A stretch of 29,782 nt of DNA from a virus (lineage: Duplodnaviria; Caudoviricetes), in the IMG/VR virus record IMGVR_UViG_3300009095_000053, positions 1-29,782 of that record; one strand, given 5' to 3'. Both the position numbers and the translations under genes were made by a program. The notes under the pieces were generated by a model. It was not told the origin of the DNA. It did no database searches and was given only the letters and a program-made list of their open reading frames with translations. Positions 26,820-29,782 of the stretch are shown here, piece after piece. Numbering within the stretch: the stretch's first letter is position 1; every line of letters starts with the position of its first letter.

Positions 26820-28759
26820 AGGAGCGAGGTCCAGAACTCTTCCCAGTCGATGGTCTCGCGTCCCATCTGCTGAATGCAGACGTCGAAGGCGATGATATCG
26901 AGGGCCACGTTGTTGTAGACGAGCAAGTCCCAGAGCTCGTTGTTGGCGCCGCTCGGGCGATGCCAATAGAAGCCGAGGCGCTTGTTCGTCGCCTTGTCGA
27001 TCTTCTCGCGTCGCGTCTCAACGGTCAGCTCTTTGAGCTGCTCGTCGGTCGCGTCGATGGGGGCATTGAAGAAGCCCTCCGGTTGCACGCTGATGCCGTC
27101 CCAGCTTCGCCGCAGCGCAGAGCTCCAGCGGTCTTTGTACATGTCCACCGAAGCCGCCCAGCCGATCATTCCGGAGGGCGTGGTGTAGCTCCAGAATTCC
27201 TTCATGGGCGCGCTCTTCGGGGGCGACTCGCGCCCGCGCACCGGGAAAACGCCCGCCTCGTAGCGCTCGACGAACCGATACACGGTGTCCGTCAAGTAGC
27301 TGCAGTCGATGAGCGTCATCTCGATCCGATATTGCCGACCGTCGTCCGCGACGAGCTCTGTCGCCTCGATGACCTCACGCACTCGTCCCCATGTCTTCGG
27401 GTTGTCAAGCGCCTCCGTGTCCCCGAAGAAGCGCCAATAGTTGAGCAATGCCACGCGGCGCCGGCGGCACCAGCCGAAGACCGCGACGGCCAGATTATCA
27501 ATGTGCACGTCGACGGCGCACGTCACGATCAGCACCGGCGAGGCGCAGTACTCTTCGAGCCATTTGTTCGGAACCTCGCCGTAGCGGTACTCGTGACGAC
27601 GATGCGCGGACACGATGTCGAAGCGCAGCTTGGTGCCCCGTTGCTCGAACGGCTCGCCGAGCACGTTGTTGTAGAAGACCTGGAGCTTGGCGTTGTCCTT
27701 CGAGCGGTTCGCCACCTCGTCCCACGCTTCGAGCCACTTCTGCACGCAGGCTTCCCAGGTCTGCATCCCGATCGGGGAGTAGAGCGCGCTCAGGTGGTAG
27801 CTGCGATGATGCGCCGTCTCCGGTTCGGCCGTGGCCTTCCACTCCGCGTTACCGTCGGCAAATAGCTGCGTCTTGTCCGAGTTGCTGTGCTTGTGCCCAC
27901 ACTCTTCGCAGACATAACGCACCGAGCCCTCCACGAGACGGCCCTCCGCAGTCTGCCAGACGATACCGGTGATCTTGCCCGTGTCCTTGTCCTCGCGGCG
28001 CCAGCGCAGCACCTGCGGGTGGGCGCATTTCAGGCAACGCACGAAATAGCGGCGCTGGTCGCCCGACTGGAACAGCTTGCTGATCTTCGAGCTCCCCTTG
28101 ATAAGCGGCGTCGAGCAGTCGAAGATCTTGCGGCTCGCCTCGTAGGCAGCGGTACGGTCCGCGGTGAGCGTGACCGGGTCGCCATCCTTGCCGACGTTGT
28201 CCGCCCAGCCGTCGATCTCGTCGCGCAAGAGGACCTGAATCGGGATCGAGCGCATCTTGTTGGCGTTCACGGCGCCGAGCGGGATAAGAGAGCCGCCGCC
28301 CTCCCATTCGTATTTCTTGTCGGTGCGCCCGGTCTTGCGCGGGTTCTGTTCGTCGAGCGACCCCACCAAGTGGTCCAGGCCCGAATACTTGAGCATCGGC
28401 ACCACGAACGACTCGATGCGCAGCTTCGCGAGCTCGGCGTCTGCCGTCACCAGCATCATCGGCGCGGTCTTAATCTGGTCGATGTAGTAGCCGATCGTGT
28501 TCTCGAGCAGCGTCGTCGCGCCGACCTGCACTCCTTTCATGATCGTGATGTGACGCACGTCCGACTCCGGCGACATGCAGTCGATGATCTCCCGCGTGTA
28601 GGGCATCACGTCGAACCGGAAGTAGCCGGGCATCGACGAGCTCGACGCCGGCAGGTACCGCTTCGCCTCTGTCCACTCCGATGGCGACATGATGGCGATG
28701 CTGACGGTGAGCTTCCGGAGCTGCCGGCACAGCCATTCGGTATCTGGGTTGGCCGTCAC
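26816..28759 (-). CDS. terL: Terminase large subunit, lambda gpA family
   Basis: Walker A MKGVQVGATT, LLRDEID, GDPVTL..DRT, STP, GDQRRYFV.C..C, HLSALYSP, FYNNVLGEPF, CAVDVH, NELWDLLVY. Confidence 0.96.
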   Translation of the reverse strand: MTANPDTEWLCRQLRKLTVSIAIMSPSEWTEAKRYLPASSSSMPGYFRFDVMPYTREIIDCMSPESDVRHITIMKGVQVGATTLLENTIGYYIDQIKTAPMMLVTADAELAKLRIESFVVPMLKYSGLDHLVGSLDEQNPRKTGRTDKKYEWEGGGSLIPLGAVNANKMRSIPIQVLLRDEIDGWADNVGKDGDPVTLTADRTAAYEASRKIFDCSTPLIKGSSKISKLFQSGDQRRYFVRCLKCAHPQVLRWRREDKDTGKITGIVWQTAEGRLVEGSVRYVCEECGHKHSNSDKTQLFADGNAEWKATAEPETAHHRSYHLSALYSPIGMQTWEACVQKWLEAWDEVANRSKDNAKLQVFYNNVLGEPFEQRGTKLRFDIVSAHRRHEYRYGEVPNKWLEEYCASPVLIVTCAVDVHIDNLAVAVFGWCRRRRVALLNYWRFFGDTEALDNPKTWGRVREVIEATELVADDGRQYRIEMTLIDCSYLTDTVYRFVERYEAGVFPVRGRESPPKSAPMKEFWSYTTPSGMIGWAASVDMYKDRWSSALRRSWDGISVQPEGFFNAPIDATDEQLKELTVETRREKIDKATNKRLGFYWHRPSGANNELWDLLVYNNVALDIIAFDVCIQQMGRETIDWEEFWTSLL

Positions 28760-28962
28760 GGCTCCGCCTCAAACGGCGCGGCTTCCCGTTGCCGGTTGTC
28801 CCCATCCACGTTCAACCCGGTGGGCGAGCCCCCTGGCGATGAGCGCTCATCCTCGCCCACCTGGTCGTCTTCGCCGCCGTGCTTGCGCGCCAGCCGGCGT
28901 CCCTCGCAACGCGAGCAATGCCGGTCATAGCCGAAGCAGAGCGCGCAACGGTGGCGTGTCAC
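28756..28962 (-). CDS. Small Cys-rich hypothetical protein, 68 aa
   Basis: CALC and CSRC motifs; GTGA overlaps at both ends; GGAGG upstream. Confidence 0.55.
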   Translation of the reverse strand: MTRHRCALCFGYDRHCSRCEGRRLARKHGGEDDQVGEDERSSPGGSPTGLNVDGDNRQREAAPFEAEP

Positions 28963-29030
28963 TGCGCCGCCTCCGGCAACCGCGGTAGGCGATACCGCGG
29001 CACCACGTACCGCGGTGCAACGCGTGTCAC
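28959..29030 (-). CDS. 23-aa micro-ORF MTRVAPRYVVPRYRLPRLPEAAQ
   Basis: GTGA overlap with the TerS stop and with the next start; GGAGG upstream. Confidence 0.5.
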   Translation of the reverse strand: MTRVAPRYVVPRYRLPRLPEAAQ

Positions 29031-29716
29031 TCCGCGGCCTCCAGCAACGGCGCCAGCGTGTCGTCCGCCTCGAGCGAGGCAGCCATGTGGTCGCGCGCCG
29101 CGGTGAGGATCTGCGACATCACATCGCGAACCAACGCCGTTGCCGCAGCCATGTTCTCGGGCGCCAGATGCGTGGCGATAGACCGCGGTGCGTCCGAGAG
29201 CAGGAGCCGGAACGCGAGGTCGACGTGACCGACCATGCGGGTCACGGTCGTGCGCGCCACGAGTCGGCCCTCGATGCGGTGGCGGAGCAGCTCCGCCTTG
29301 AGGGCCTCCTCCAATGTCTTGCGGCACTTCACCCAGCGCTCCAAACCGACGGCGTCCCCGTACGCATTGGTGAGCGCCGTGAGTGGCTCGGCGAGCGTAG
29401 CAAGGTCCGTGCGCTGCCGCGGACCGAGCTCGAGCTCGAGCTCGGCGATGGGGCGCGAGGAGGGCCGCTCGGAGCCGCCGTCCACCTTGATCGGGGGCAA
29501 CTCCTGCGTGGCCGCCTGCCGTTCGCTCAGCCAGCGCCGCGCCGCCTCATGCAGGGCGTTCACCGCAGTCCCCGAGCACGCCAGATGCAGGCGGCCTCCG
29601 GGGCGGCAGGCCTGGGTCACCGCCGAACGTGAAACGCCGAGCTGGCGAGCCATCTCCGATCGGGTGACCAGATGTGTGGCGGTGCGGGTTTTGCCCGCTT
29701 TGCTCTTAACGGGCAC
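29027..29716 (-). CDS. terS: Terminase small subunit (Nu1-like)
   Basis: N-terminal HTH LVTRSEMARQLGVSRSAVTQAC; coiled coil with ELLRHRIEGRLVAR; upstream of gpA-type TerL. Exact start uncertain. Confidence 0.75.
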   Translation of the reverse strand: MPVKSKAGKTRTATHLVTRSEMARQLGVSRSAVTQACRPGGRLHLACSGTAVNALHEAARRWLSERQAATQELPPIKVDGGSERPSSRPIAELELELGPRQRTDLATLAEPLTALTNAYGDAVGLERWVKCRKTLEEALKAELLRHRIEGRLVARTTVTRMVGHVDLAFRLLLSDAPRSIATHLAPENMAAATALVRDVMSQILTAARDHMAASLEADDTLAPLLEAAE

Positions 29717-29737
29717 AGTTAAGCGACTTCACATCCG

Positions 29738-29775
29738 AGCGAAAAGCCGGAATTTGCGCGCGAGGGCGGGCCGCC
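29738..29775 (-). other. Possible cos-like packaging site
   Basis: Minus strand GGCGGCCCGCCCTCGCG...TTTTCGCT resembles the lambda left end GGGCGGCGACCTCGCGGGTTTTCGCT and lies just upstream of terS. Confidence 0.3.
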
Positions 29776-29782
29776 ATCTTGA

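Noticed and set aside
26816-28759. Intein or intron in terminase, portal or capsid genes; stop-codon reassignment
   Set aside because: Lengths are ordinary for these families, no splicing motifs were seen, and genes end cleanly at TGA, TAG and TAA under the standard code.

Overview
The whole window is high-GC tailed-phage DNA. No integrase, att site or host gene is visible, so prophage versus free phage cannot be decided. The minus strand (29716 to 3130) carries a complete, tightly coupled late operon. It has a lambda-type head: TerS, gpA-type TerL, gpW-like, lambda-family portal, S49 protease/scaffold, decoration protein and gpE-type capsid. This is joined to a Mu-type contractile tail: sheath, tube, chaperone with a -1 frameshift, tape measure, gpN-, gpP-, gp45-, gp46-, gp47- and gp48-like proteins. 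Next come a beta-propeller fibre, a 950-aa GXT-collagen fibre and a lysis cassette (holin-like protein, CHAP endolysin, small cationic protein). The plus strand (1-3133) carries small accessory genes (DUF5131, stand-alone ParB-like, Cys-rich ORFs) that converge on the late operon. The most unusual items are: (1) a T7-lysozyme/PGRP-fold protein with all five catalytic residues replaced; (2) a GT-A glycosyltransferase coupled between tail tube and chaperone in a phage with a Thr-rich collagen fibre, a candidate virion glycosylation system; (3) a capsid decoration protein with an inserted ~84-aa domain; (4) an inverted lipoprotein metalloprotease moron; (5) coupled micro-ORFs missed by the ORF track. 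All family assignments come from motif recognition by eye and from gene order, not from database searches.
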